A stretch of 64,000 nucleotides of DNA from an uncultured Collinsella sp. (GCA_900547235.1 URFP01000001.1:53359-117358), one strand, 5' to 3'; shown: positions 51,138 to 61,428, counted from the first letter of the stretch. The notes: generated by a model not told the origin, from the letters alone. Translations and numbers: made by a program.

Positions 51138-52977
51138 AAAGCCCCAAGTACTTTTCCCAAAACTCTCGCGAAGTCATGTACGGCATGGCATCTTTCCATG
51201 CCCCCCTGACGCTCTTGCCTTCTTTGCGATAGCGCGCCATCAGCTCGCGCTCTCGGCAGCGAACGCTCTTGAACCGCGCTCGGTCCATCGTGCGAACCGA
51301 TCCCTTCTCGCGGGTCGGATCAAGAAAGACCAGCGTCTTGCAGCGCGTCGAGTTGCCCTCAAGCGTACAGCTGCCGTTCTTTACTACATAGCCAGGTTTC
51401 CCGCACAGCAGCGCATCGGGAAGATAATGCTTGTCGTAAGGAATAGATCTCCAATACTTCATAAACTTCGAAGGATGGAATTCCAGATTAGCATTAGCGA
51501 GCACTTGCTTCGTAACCCCGGCCTTGCGTAGAAGCTCTGGGTCCATCTCGGAAACAGGAATCAGCTTTTCGTTTAGCTTACCCTTACCGATCATAGTTGC
51601 AGCGCCATCAAGCTTCTGGAGATACTCAGGGCCGCGCAGATAGTCCTCAAAGCCATCAAGAATAAACTCGGCAGCCTGATAATCCATATCGCGCAAATTC
51701 TGACGTACCCCTCGCTGAATACGAAGGACAAACATCTTCTCATCAGCACAATCATCGAGAGCAATCATGGCAAAGAAGTTGCGGAAATATTGATAACAAT
51801 CCACCGAAGCCCTGAAACGCCCCTCAAAGCTTGCATGCCACACACAAATGCAATTCATGGTCATGTAGACAGGCTTATTGCGCATGCCAAACTCAACGTC
51901 GTCACAGCGGATAAAGAAAGGCATGGGAAGACCGTTCTTTTCGATAGCCTTCACCGGAATACAGCTATACCACCAGGCTCCGTAAGCTTGGTCAACCTCG
52001 ACGCTTGTGCGTTCATTTTCGAGGATGTCAGCCAGCTTGCCGACATTCAGATCATCTTTTACGCGACGATAAGCACCGGTAGTCGCCACATACGAGACAT
52101 CCTCAAACTGACGAGTAGGGTCCTCCATTGAGAGCATGGCGCCGTTAATAAAGGCATCCTTATATTTGCCCTTCGCAAGAGAGAGGAGATTGAACGTACG
52201 AATCAAACTCTCGGGCATGATGGAGACATCGTCATCCATCAAAATGATATGTGTGAACTGATCAGGAGTTTCAGTAGCCGCCATCATTCCTCGTGCGAAT
52301 CCTCCCGAACCGCCCGTGTTGGGGTTCGGGAGCACGGTGACCAGATCATCGGAAAGCGATGCAAAATCGAGCGTCTGCCCATTGTCGACGACAAACATGT
52401 GGAAGTGGTCGCGAATCGGACCGTCCTCTTTAGAGATGCCCTCTTTAACAAGATCGATGTTGGGAATGATATATCTCTCATTTTTAAACGTTGTCGTAGA
52501 CAAAGCGAGGTCAACACGATTTACCTCGTCCCCATCCACAGCTGCGGTATAACAGCCCTTAACCAAAGTCGCGGTAGTCGATTCCTCGGAGGATATAGAG
52601 AACCCAATAAGGTCAAAATTCTCCAGACAGACACTAATGGCCAACGAGCCCAATCCAGTCTCAGGAGAAAAAGGAACCTGTTTAATTTGCACTGGATCGA
52701 GTGACCCATGTTCTACGCCATAAATGCGCACAAGCCCCGATCCATCAAGAACCAAATTCAGACAGACCTCATCGAGCTGCGTGTATTGTCTCCATTTCAA
52801 TGCGGAAAATCCATTGACATACGTCATAAAGTCAACAGTTCCGTCTATCTGCAAACAACCCCCCGGAAGGGTGCACACGATACCGCCACGCTCAATCCGA
52901 TAATAGAGCTCCGAGTGGGAAATCGCGTGGTCATCAACGCAGCACACTATGTTGGCTAACTTATAATTAAGTTTCAA
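51136..52977 (-). CDS. GlfT2-like galactofuranosyltransferase (GT2), copy A
   Basis: N-terminal TY.N.F...W domain, TTTFK, NTGGSGGFARG, LMDDD, AWWYSCIP, PFFIRCDDVEFG, CVWH. Confidence 0.8.
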   Translation of the reverse strand: MKLNYKLANIVCCVDDHAISHSELYYRIERGGIVCTLPGGCLQIDGTVDFMTYVNGFSALKWRQYTQLDEVCLNLVLDGSGLVRIYGVEHGSLDPVQIKQVPFSPETGLGSLAISVCLENFDLIGFSISSEESTTATLVKGCYTAAVDGDEVNRVDLALSTTTFKNERYIIPNIDLVKEGISKEDGPIRDHFHMFVVDNGQTLDFASLSDDLVTVLPNPNTGGSGGFARGMMAATETPDQFTHIILMDDDVSIMPESLIRTFNLLSLAKGKYKDAFINGAMLSMEDPTRQFEDVSYVATTGAYRRVKDDLNVGKLADILENERTSVEVDQAYGAWWYSCIPVKAIEKNGLPMPFFIRCDDVEFGMRNKPVYMTMNCICVWHASFEGRFRASVDCYQYFRNFFAMIALDDCADEKMFVLRIQRGVRQNLRDMDYQAAEFILDGFEDYLRGPEYLQKLDGAATMIGKGKLNEKLIPVSEMDPELLRKAGVTKQVLANANLEFHPSKFMKYWRSIPYDKHYLPDALLCGKPGYVVKNGSCTLEGNSTRCKTLVFLDPTREKGSVRTMDRARFKSVRCRERELMARYRKEGKSVRGAWKDAMPYMTSREFWEKYLGL

Positions 52978-53146
52978 AATTAACTCCCATACTTACCTTC
53001 GAGAAGATACAAGCAATAACATTATCGCCTAAATTGACTGTAAGTCGCGCACCCCTGCAGGCATCTACAACACCTTATGAATAATGTGAAACATCGCGTA
53101 TATCTATATAATGAATCAAGATTATTTACAAGAAATGGAGATTTAA

Positions 53147-55018
53147 ATGCCCCTGATGAAGTTCGCAAATGTACTCTTGGAGCACAGCGCACGCGCAGTC
53201 AATTATCCCTCTTTGTATTGTCGTTCAACTGAACCCGTTGTCTTTCTTCCCGATAGTGATGCCTGGGAACTCAACGGCGAAGGCGAATTTGACTTCAGCA
53301 CTTATTTCAACGCGCTTTCGATTAATAAACTTAATACTTATACAAACGCACAAAAGTATTATCTTCACCTCGAACTAAAGGGCGCTTCGTGCGAGGTGGT
53401 GCAAACAACCTCTGATAGATTTTCATCATGTCCAATTGTTCTTGATGCCACGAAAAGATGCATAGAGAAATCCGACTCCTTTGTTGTTCTAGATACCGAA
53501 CTGGTAACGAGCGATGACACAATTCTGGTCGGTTTTATCATTCGCACTACAGGACCCGTACAAATTCGAAATAGCTACTACTCAGTCTTGACGGATCAGC
53601 CCCTAAAAGACGTTGAGCTTGTTTTGGCTACTACAACCTTCAAAAAAGAACAGTACATTAAGTCCAATATCGAGCTTGTCAAAACGGCAATCCTTGATAG
53701 CGCCGACCCAATCGCCGACCACTTTAATATGCACGTAATAGATAATGGCAGAACGCTCGATTCATCAGCCCTGGAAAACGGTCATGTCCATATTCATCCT
53801 AACCAGAACGTTGGCGGCGCAGGCGGCTTCACTTACGGGATGATTCTTGCCAAAGAGCAGAAACCGAAAGCAACGCACGTTCTGCTTATGGACGACGACG
53901 TAGCTGTATCTCCAGAGAGCATCAAAAGAACTTATAACCTGCTAAGGATAGTAAACAAAGACTATAACGAAGCGATGATTAGCGGCGCAATGCTGAATTA
54001 CGGCATTGCTGATCAACAGTGGGAAGACACTGGCTATATGACCCCTCTCGGCTCTTTCTCCCCCGCTAAACCGCCCTTATACCTATCCCGTTTTGAAGAC
54101 ATTGTTTACAACGAGACGTTTAGAATCCCTAAAAACATTCGTGACACCAACGCCCGCTACGCGGCATGGTGGTATTGCTGTATACCGATGAGCGCTATAG
54201 AAGGAAACGGATTGCCTCTTCCCTATTTTGTTAGGTGCGACGATGCGGAATACGGCGTTCGATGCAAAAAACCTTTTATGACGATGAACAGCATCTGCAT
54301 CTGGCATGAAAGTTTTCATGTTAGATACAACGCGGCGGTCGAGCGCTACCAAACAACGAGGAACACGCTTATTGCCAAATTCACCACTGGATTCGGAACA
54401 AACTCTGATTTCATGTACGAATTAAAAAATAACGTTCGACTCGAGCTCAAAAAGTATGGTTATAAAAATGCCAGCTTAGTTCTTGATGCATTCGAGGACT
54501 TCATGAAAGGACCCGATTTCTATAGCGAAATCGGAATTGCCGAGAAAACGTTCATGGAGGCAAATAAGAAGAAGGAAGCAATGGTTCCATTCAGCGAGCT
54601 AGAGAGACAAGCTCGCAAGATAGGAATTGAAGGCTTTTCCATTGATAATATTGATAGACAATTAATTGCTGGAGACAAGCCACGATCGATTTCGCAAAGA
54701 TTTGTCGATTTTATCACCGACAATAGGCAAAGAATTCTAACAGGAGATGGTTCTGGATTTGCAGTCATCCCCGTACACGGTTGGGAATATCCCGCCGGAG
54801 CAATCCGAGGGAAAAGGTACATTATTGTTATTGACTGGTACAACCGAATGGGCTGTATTAGGACAAAAGATACCGAGGAGTACGCCAAGCTCCTTAAGCG
54901 CTACAAAGCCGATGTTAAACAATTCAAGGAATGTGAGAAAAAGCTTGCTGAAGCCTATTCTCAGAGTAGGCCAACCGTTACATCGGACGAGTTTTGGAAA
55001 AGGTATCTTGGAATCTAA
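53147..55018 (+). CDS. GlfT2-like galactofuranosyltransferase (GT2), copy B
   Basis: STYFNAL, TTTFK, NVGGAGGF, LMDDD, AWWYCCIP, PYFVRCDDAEYG, CIWH. Confidence 0.8.
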   Translation: MPLMKFANVLLEHSARAVNYPSLYCRSTEPVVFLPDSDAWELNGEGEFDFSTYFNALSINKLNTYTNAQKYYLHLELKGASCEVVQTTSDRFSSCPIVLDATKRCIEKSDSFVVLDTELVTSDDTILVGFIIRTTGPVQIRNSYYSVLTDQPLKDVELVLATTTFKKEQYIKSNIELVKTAILDSADPIADHFNMHVIDNGRTLDSSALENGHVHIHPNQNVGGAGGFTYGMILAKEQKPKATHVLLMDDDVAVSPESIKRTYNLLRIVNKDYNEAMISGAMLNYGIADQQWEDTGYMTPLGSFSPAKPPLYLSRFEDIVYNETFRIPKNIRDTNARYAAWWYCCIPMSAIEGNGLPLPYFVRCDDAEYGVRCKKPFMTMNSICIWHESFHVRYNAAVERYQTTRNTLIAKFTTGFGTNSDFMYELKNNVRLELKKYGYKNASLVLDAFEDFMKGPDFYSEIGIAEKTFMEANKKKEAMVPFSELERQARKIGIEGFSIDNIDRQLIAGDKPRSISQRFVDFITDNRQRILTGDGSGFAVIPVHGWEYPAGAIRGKRYIIVIDWYNRMGCIRTKDTEEYAKLLKRYKADVKQFKECEKKLAEAYSQSRPTVTSDEFWKRYLGI

Positions 55019-55099
55019 CTTGTTGGCTAAGCCAACTGAGTAGTTGCACGCCTGTGCATTACAGAATATCGCGAAACTTCATCGCTGATACTATGCTGT

Positions 55100-55137
55100 G
55101 CGCCGTATCCGGCAGGGGCCACGGCGCCCTTTTTATT
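55100..55137 (+). terminator. Terminator after GlfT2-like copy B
   Basis: GCGCCGT/ACGGCGC stem followed by CCTTTTTATT. Confidence 0.6.
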
Positions 55138-55616
55138 GGTAGCGTCCGATCGCGTCGGAAATGTTGGTGTAAGCGCGCCGAGGGTGCTCAAGGAGGCGGA
55201 GCCCGACGCGCTCGCGTACCTTGACTTCCCGCCGTCGCACTGGAAGCGCCTGCGCACCAACAACGTGCAGGAGCGCGCCAACAGGGAGATAAAGCGCCGC
55301 TCGCGCGTGGTGCAGGTCTTCCCGTCGGAGAGTTGCTGCTCAGGCTCGTGGGCGCCGTCATGTGCGACCAGGCCGAAACATGGTCCGGCTCGCGCTACTT
55401 CTTGGAGAGGAAGATGGCCGAGATGCATGACGCCGCGTTCAGAATGGGTGCCGTGGGCGAGCACGACTGGGCGGAACTGGAGAAGACGGCCAGAAAGATG
55501 ATCGAATCCAGCCTGGAACTTGCCGACAGCGTGGAGGCGGCCTAGGATATCAACTGATTCCGGATATCGGACACAGGGGCCGCAAGGGCCCTTACACCAA
55601 CTTTCTCGACACTACC
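55138..55616 (+). mobile_element. Internally deleted IS256-family element
   Basis: Transposase C-terminus FPPSHWKRLRTNNVQERANREIKRR..VFP with a frameshift near 55335; terminal IRs GGTAGCGTC[+10]GGAAATGTTGGTGTAAG and CTTACACCAACTTTCTCGACACTACC. Confidence 0.82.
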
Positions 55617-55788
55617 CATCATACTCGAGAAGTGCCGACCGAGGGCCGAGACGGTGCTGGATGGGGCCGAACTGGATGCCCATACCTACCCCCAAAGAAA
55701 AGAATGCGTCGCAATTTCGTTATGCCCGATATGCTTGCCTAAGACCAAAGCAGCGTGCTATCGGAAAATACAGAAACAAACCCCGCGT

Positions 55789-57831
55789 CTAATAAACATC
55801 AGTTAATTCATATAAACGTATATCATCTTTGCTGTAAATCAATTTGAACCCAGGAGTATCTGCATCTATTGACTGTATTCCTGACCAAAAATCAGGATCA
55901 TAAACACAGTAAAAGGAACTTGAGTCTGACGGACTCACACCAGAATCTAATTGCAAAACATACCTAATATGCTTGTCCAAAACCTCTTGCTTTACAGCTC
56001 GATTCGACGTGTATTCATGAATACGCTTGCGAAGAAGAGTATAAGAATCCGAGGGGTCCTGTGCGGAGGACTGCCTGTACAGTAGATTAACGTTAAAAAG
56101 ACCGTAGAAGAAAGAGCTGCCATCTAGTGGGTTATTCAATACTACATATTGTCGATCAAGCATATCGGCAATTTTCGAACCAGCCGACAGTTCATCTTTA
56201 TCGAGCATCAAGGTCTCAACCGCACCATTTACAAACGGTTTGCCGTTTAACTCATTAATAGAACTCAACGTGCACCTTAAATAACTAAAGGCAGAAGACA
56301 GGGTAAACGAGCCGTTCACCACGAGAGACGGCCCAAAAGCAAATCCGAGAAGTAATAAAATACATAGACCTGAATATACGCGCGGTGATATACCGGTATC
56401 AGGTTTTGATGCAGCATAATGATATAGATGCCTAAATAGCAAAGACATTCCTCTTGCAGCAAAGGGAATAAGCGAAATGACAACAATTGCAGCAATTCTT
56501 CTTGAATCTGTATACCAAAAACCCGTAAGCAATTGCTTTAAGTAGCCATCCGTTGAAACATCAACAATATAAAGAACACCCGCGAATATAGCAGACGCGA
56601 TGAGCCAATTGCTTTGGTCTTTTCTACGAAAACATGAAATTAAACCAAACTGGACTAGCAAGCAAACTGGAAGCTGGGCAGGAAAATCAAAAAATGACAG
56701 AGTAAAAAAAGATGAAACAGCAGTACCAAAAGACTGGAAAGCTGGCCAATTAAATGAAACGGTCGCATGGAGCGGAGGCAAATAATAGCAAATAACCCAA
56801 ACAGTGACCACCGCTAATATCGCAATGCACGCTACAAATAAATGGCTGGGCCACGATTTCTGTTTACCCGAGCACTTAGAGCACGTATAGACTGATTTGA
56901 CAATTAGTGGAGCAATCACTACGCCAGCGGTAAATAAGGAACCAGGATGAGTAAAAGCCAAAAGAATAAGTGCGAGAATGAAGGCAATCGCGGCATGAGA
57001 AATGCTGCCTTTTCTGTTTACCAGCCGATCTGAAAGAATAATAGCAGACGATATCGCCGCAGGCACAAAAACAAGGCTGAAAAGATTAGCCAACAGCGAA
57101 CCAAATGTAATTAGACCCCAGGGAAAAGCAACAAAAAAATATGAGACAACACAGCCAGATAGCTGAGCAACATTATCTTCTGGATAGCATGACGAAATCA
57201 GGCTTCGTACAGACAGACATAAAATCGGACATAGGGATACGAAAATTATAATGTTCAGAGCCTCACTAGGAGAAATTGAAAATATCTCGACGAGCAATGC
57301 CGCAATAGAGTGCATACCAGTCGGATAGTAGCTGGTACCATTAAACAGAACTGAACTGTCCCTATAACAAGAGCTAAACAAAACGCCATATAACTTGGTA
57401 TTGCTAAAGGATCGCACTGTGGAAAGTGCAAACGCGTTATCAAAATAAGGTATCACAGAGCTCGGGCCATCAAGATTTTTAAGGTAGATCCAAGCAACCA
57501 AGATAAGTGAGACCAACATATATACGACAAATACACAGAATGAAGTTGCCGAAACGTTATTAATGCGCTGCAATAAACACCGACGATTATTTATAGCAAA
57601 GACAAAAGATAACATCACCAATAAAAGGACATACCAATACCAGGGCACGGATATTTGTGCGACATAGGATAGCAACATCGCCAAAAACAACGCCATTAAA
57701 GAGAAAATAGGCGATAACGCCACAAGAAGATGATTTGGAATGTCAAATTTTGAAAAAGAAATAAGACCAGGTAAATACAACGAAACAGTAAGCGCAAATG
57801 ACACCACAATAAAATAAAGCCAGTTGATCAT
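55789..57831 (-). CDS. Polytopic membrane protein, DUF6541-like putative GT-C transferase
   Basis: More than 10 TMs, D in the first loop (YFDNAF), YYPTGMH, HP, TGFWYTDSRR, NPLDGS C-terminal domain. Confidence 0.65.
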   Translation of the reverse strand: MINWLYFIVVSFALTVSLYLPGLISFSKFDIPNHLLVALSPIFSLMALFLAMLLSYVAQISVPWYWYVLLLVMLSFVFAINNRRCLLQRINNVSATSFCVFVVYMLVSLILVAWIYLKNLDGPSSVIPYFDNAFALSTVRSFSNTKLYGVLFSSCYRDSSVLFNGTSYYPTGMHSIAALLVEIFSISPSEALNIIIFVSLCPILCLSVRSLISSCYPEDNVAQLSGCVVSYFFVAFPWGLITFGSLLANLFSLVFVPAAISSAIILSDRLVNRKGSISHAAIAFILALILLAFTHPGSLFTAGVVIAPLIVKSVYTCSKCSGKQKSWPSHLFVACIAILAVVTVWVICYYLPPLHATVSFNWPAFQSFGTAVSSFFTLSFFDFPAQLPVCLLVQFGLISCFRRKDQSNWLIASAIFAGVLYIVDVSTDGYLKQLLTGFWYTDSRRIAAIVVISLIPFAARGMSLLFRHLYHYAASKPDTGISPRVYSGLCILLLLGFAFGPSLVVNGSFTLSSAFSYLRCTLSSINELNGKPFVNGAVETLMLDKDELSAGSKIADMLDRQYVVLNNPLDGSSFFYGLFNVNLLYRQSSAQDPSDSYTLLRKRIHEYTSNRAVKQEVLDKHIRYVLQLDSGVSPSDSSSFYCVYDPDFWSGIQSIDADTPGFKLIYSKDDIRLYELTDVY

Positions 57832-57880
57832 TAGAATCCAGTTCGATTAAAACCATTAGATTATTGCCCCTGACAAACTG

Positions 57881-58237
57881 TCAATTTGATCGACTTGAGG
57901 CATCCTCTAAAACTTTTTCAAGAAGCGCGATACGCTGAGTAAGGTTTTTCGTAGCTACAACCAAACGACTAATCGCAATACTCAAAGAAAGACATATCAA
58001 TAAAAGCAAAACAACAGCTACTACCAAAACAAAGTTAGAAGCCGTAATAAACCCAATCCAGTCTGAAATTAGATAAACCAAATTAGGTGCCAAAAGGCAG
58101 AGAAGAGCGATACAGCATAGAAAAATCCATAACAAGGAGTACTTGAGAAGAAGCTTCCCCTTCGAAACAAGATTGAACACGTAAAGCAACAAAGAAAAAA
58201 ATATTAGAGAAGACCCAATTCGAAGTGCAAGGCTCAT
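57881..58237 (-). CDS. DUF2304-family small membrane protein
   Basis: KYSLLW, P..IGF..SN, three TMs, LTQRIALLE tail; directly after a GT2 gene. Confidence 0.82.
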   Translation of the reverse strand: MSLALRIGSSLIFFSLLLYVFNLVSKGKLLLKYSLLWIFLCCIALLCLLAPNLVYLISDWIGFITASNFVLVVAVVLLLLICLSLSIAISRLVVATKNLTQRIALLEKVLEDASSRSN

Positions 58238-58244
58238 GATTAAC

Positions 58245-58949
58245 CTAATTTCGCTTAGTCAAGCAAGCAATCGATATTGCAAGCGACACTTTTACCATGT
58301 AATAAATCGAAGAAATACCGCCTATTGAAGAAACACCGCCTTGCCGCTCGCGCATTTTGACTGGAACCTCGCTTACCGTCAGACCAGCTTTAAGTGATGT
58401 GGCAATAGATTCCGGTTCTGGATAATCGTCCGGATAGTCCCCACAGAACAAGCTGATTGCTTTAGGACCCGATGCGCGAAAACCAGAAGTTGGGTCAGTA
58501 ATTATATGCCCAGTAAATAGATGCAGCCAGAAAGAAAGCCATTTAATTCCCATTCTACGGAGTCGAGTTGACTTGAATCCATCTTGCAAAGATAAAAACC
58601 GAGACCCAATAACCAAATCAGCGCCATTTGAAATCTCTTCAACGAGCATAGATATATATTTGGGATCATGCTGTCCGTCGCCATCAACCTGAACGTCAAC
58701 ATCATAGCCGTATCGTCGAGCGTATTTATGCCCAGCCTGAACAGCACCGCCAATACCAAGATTCTGAGGTAAATCTAGAACATTAATACCGTTTGATTTA
58801 CATATTTCAAGTGTAGAGTCTTTTGAGCCGTCATTAACAACGACGTAATCAAATCCCGCTTCGACTACCGCACCGACAGCAGCCTCGATATTAGCCTCTT
58901 CGTTATATGCGGGAATAATCACCAAAACTCGTGGATCCGTTAGCATCAA
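58245..58949 (-). CDS. GT2 polyprenol-phosphate HexNAc/hexose synthase (DPM synthase-like)
   Basis: IPAYNEE, NDGSKD, NLGIGGAVQAG, DGDGQH, GSRF, DPTSGFR, YPEPE. Confidence 0.88.
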   Translation of the reverse strand: MMLTDPRVLVIIPAYNEEANIEAAVGAVVEAGFDYVVVNDGSKDSTLEICKSNGINVLDLPQNLGIGGAVQAGHKYARRYGYDVDVQVDGDGQHDPKYISMLVEEISNGADLVIGSRFLSLQDGFKSTRLRRMGIKWLSFWLHLFTGHIITDPTSGFRASGPKAISLFCGDYPDDYPEPESIATSLKAGLTVSEVPVKMRERQGGVSSIGGISSIYYMVKVSLAISIACLTKRN

Positions 58950-58970
58950 TGAACTCCATACAAAGAGCGG

Positions 58971-60209
58971 TTAATCAAATAGAACTTGCTCTATTCTATC
59001 TAAACAAACACGCCTCGAAAAATGCTCACGATAATAATTGAAGCCATTGGATCCCAAAGCATCAGTAGCATCTTTATTCATTGAGGCAATTTTTACCATA
59101 TTTGCAGCAAGCGCATTAACATCTGAGGGATTGGAGACAAACCCGCATTTAGCAGAACGGACCGCATTGGCCCCTTCGCCGCGCATTACAGCAAGTATTG
59201 GTTTCGAAGACGCCATACAACTTGAAATCTTCGCCGGAATAGTAAGCTCTAGCTCGGGATTGTCGGCGAATGGTGCAATCATTGCCGTTGCAATATCTGA
59301 ATACATGGGCACAACTTCAGGATCTACGCGCCCAATAAACAAAATGAACTCGCTCAGTCCTTTATTTGCAACGGTCTTCTGCAATTCCGCTCTGGACATG
59401 CCATCGCCAAGAATTAGCAGTCTCATCTCAACAGAACTATTTTTGATTGCATACGAGAACGCCTCAATAACTGTGTCAAGACCCTGTGCAGGAGTTATTG
59501 ATCCGGCAAAAAGGAAAACACACTGACTTCCAAATTGCGACCTCAGCCCCTGTGAAACACTCTTTTGTTCGTAAACCTCCTCACAGTGCTGAGGTATTAC
59601 ACTTATCAAAACATCCGGATTCAAAGGTTTAATCCTATGAAATAAGTTGTCAGCCAAAGAGTCACTCAAGGCAATCAGCTTATTACAGACGGCATACTGC
59701 TTGTCGCAAAAAGATTTGGCAAAAGCTCTCAGAAAGCTATTTTGGACATTTATAACGGTATACAAATTTTCAGGCCAAATATCCAACACATACGTGACAA
59801 GAGGACATTTATTTCGCCATGCAGCAAACCTAGCCGGAATTATCATCAAAATAGGACTTGTGTTATAGCAAAATACAACGTCGTAATTATTTTTGAGGCT
59901 CAATGCCTTGAGAGATGCAGTAATCGGCCAGCTAATATAGTTCAGGAAAATGCGGACCGAAGTGTTTCCCTTTCGGCGTATTTCACCAGACCGAAAGACA
60001 GACGCACCATGGTAATCATCGTGACGATGGCCGCAATAACCATATCCTTCGGCCCATTCGCCTGAAGGATAATTTGGAATACCGCAAAGGACGTCAACAC
60101 TTGCACCGTCTTCAATAAAACCTTTGACGATGTCATTGACTCGAAAGGTCTCTGGATAAAAATGCTGCGTTACGACAAGTATTTTTTTCCCAGCACATGA
60201 GCAAGCCAT
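58971..60209 (-). CDS. GT4 glycosyltransferase (WbuB/Cap5L-like, candidate L-FucNAc transferase)
   Basis: QHFYPE, PNYPSG, DIWPE, FAGSI, IPAKI; ATG overlaps the upstream TAA (TAATG). Confidence 0.8.
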   Translation of the reverse strand: MACSCAGKKILVVTQHFYPETFRVNDIVKGFIEDGASVDVLCGIPNYPSGEWAEGYGYCGHRHDDYHGASVFRSGEIRRKGNTSVRIFLNYISWPITASLKALSLKNNYDVVFCYNTSPILMIIPARFAAWRNKCPLVTYVLDIWPENLYTVINVQNSFLRAFAKSFCDKQYAVCNKLIALSDSLADNLFHRIKPLNPDVLISVIPQHCEEVYEQKSVSQGLRSQFGSQCVFLFAGSITPAQGLDTVIEAFSYAIKNSSVEMRLLILGDGMSRAELQKTVANKGLSEFILFIGRVDPEVVPMYSDIATAMIAPFADNPELELTIPAKISSCMASSKPILAVMRGEGANAVRSAKCGFVSNPSDVNALAANMVKIASMNKDATDALGSNGFNYYREHFSRRVCLDRIEQVLFD

Positions 60210-61375
60210 TAAACAATCTTCCTCCACACCATCTTGTCCACGACGCCGGTGTAGCTCTGGATGATCTTGACCACCTTGGTGGAGACGGCCTCGTCGGCGT
60301 AGTCGGGGACGGGCGCCTCGGGCAGCGACCCCTCGGCGTCGAGCTCGACGGCGGTGCGGACGGCCTGCAGCAGGCCGCGCTCGCTGATGCCGGCCAGCGT
60401 GAAGCAGGCCTTGTCAAGCGCCTCGGGGCGCTCGGTGGAGGTGCGGATGCACACAGCCGGGAACGGGCGGCCGACGCTCGCGAAGAAGCTGGACTCCTCT
60501 GGCAGGGTGCCGGAGTCGGACACCACGGCGAAGGCGTTCATCTGCAGGCAGTTGTAGTCGTGGAAGCCCATGGGCTCGTGCATGCGGACGCGGGGGTCGA
60601 GCTTGAAGCCGGTGGCCTCCAGGCGCTTGCGGGAGCGCGGGTGGCAGGAGTACAGGATCGGCATGTCGTACTTCTCGGCCAGCGCGTTGATGGCGGTGAA
60701 CAGGCTCGTGAAGTTGGCCTCGGTGTCGATGTTCTCCTCGCGGTGGGCCGAGAGCAGCATGTAGCGCCTGGGCTCAAGGCCGAGCTCGGTCAGGACGTCC
60801 GAGGCCTCGATCTTGTCCAGGTTGGCTCGCAGGACCTCGGCCATGGGCGAGCCCGTGACGTAGGTGCGCTCCGGGGCGCAGCCGGTGTCCTTGAGGTAGC
60901 GACGGGCGTGCTCGGAGTAGGCCAGGTTTACGTCGGAGATCACGTCGACGATGCGGCGGTTGGTCTCCTCGGGCAGGCACTCGTCCTTGCAGCGGTTGCC
61001 CGCCTCCATGTGGAAGATGGGGATGTGCAGGCGCTTGGCCGCGATGGCGGACAGGCAGCTGTTGGTGTCGCCCAGGATCAGCAGCGCGTCGGGCTGGACC
61101 TGGACCATCAGCTTGTAACTCGCGGCGATGATGTTGCCCACGGTCTCGCCCAGGTCGGCGCCCACGGCGTCCAGGTAGACATCCGGATCGGCGAGCTCCA
61201 GGTCGCGGAAGAAGATGCCGTTGAGCGTGTAGTCGTAGTTCTGCCCGGTGTGAGCCAGCAGGCAGTCGAAATGGCGGCGGCACTTCTTGATGACCTCGGA
61301 CAGGCGGATGACCTCGGGCCGGGTGCCCACGATGATCAGGAGCTTCAGACGGCCGTCATCTTTGAACTCAATCAT
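60209..61375 (-). CDS. fnlC: UDP-HexNAc 2-epimerase (FnlC/WbjD/Cap5G type)
   Basis: VGTRPEVIRLS, HTGQNYD, GDTNS, HMEAGNRC, HREEN, SDSGT..EES, STERPE; clustered with fnlA and fnlB. Confidence 0.85.
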   Translation of the reverse strand: MIEFKDDGRLKLLIIVGTRPEVIRLSEVIKKCRRHFDCLLAHTGQNYDYTLNGIFFRDLELADPDVYLDAVGADLGETVGNIIAASYKLMVQVQPDALLILGDTNSCLSAIAAKRLHIPIFHMEAGNRCKDECLPEETNRRIVDVISDVNLAYSEHARRYLKDTGCAPERTYVTGSPMAEVLRANLDKIEASDVLTELGLEPRRYMLLSAHREENIDTEANFTSLFTAINALAEKYDMPILYSCHPRSRKRLEATGFKLDPRVRMHEPMGFHDYNCLQMNAFAVVSDSGTLPEESSFFASVGRPFPAVCIRTSTERPEALDKACFTLAGISERGLLQAVRTAVELDAEGSLPEAPVPDYADEAVSTKVVKIIQSYTGVVDKMVWRKIV

Positions 61376-61428
61376 TATTTTCTCCCATGGATTTCCATGA
61401 TTTATACAGTCAAATAGATTCATAAGGA

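Noticed and set aside
52978..53146. Invertible promoter between the divergent GlfT2-like genes
   Set aside because: No flanking inverted repeats seen and no recombinase in the window.
55617..55788. Possible second IS end next to the mini-IS256
   Set aside because: GC-rich patch with no partner IR or coding remnant that I could support.
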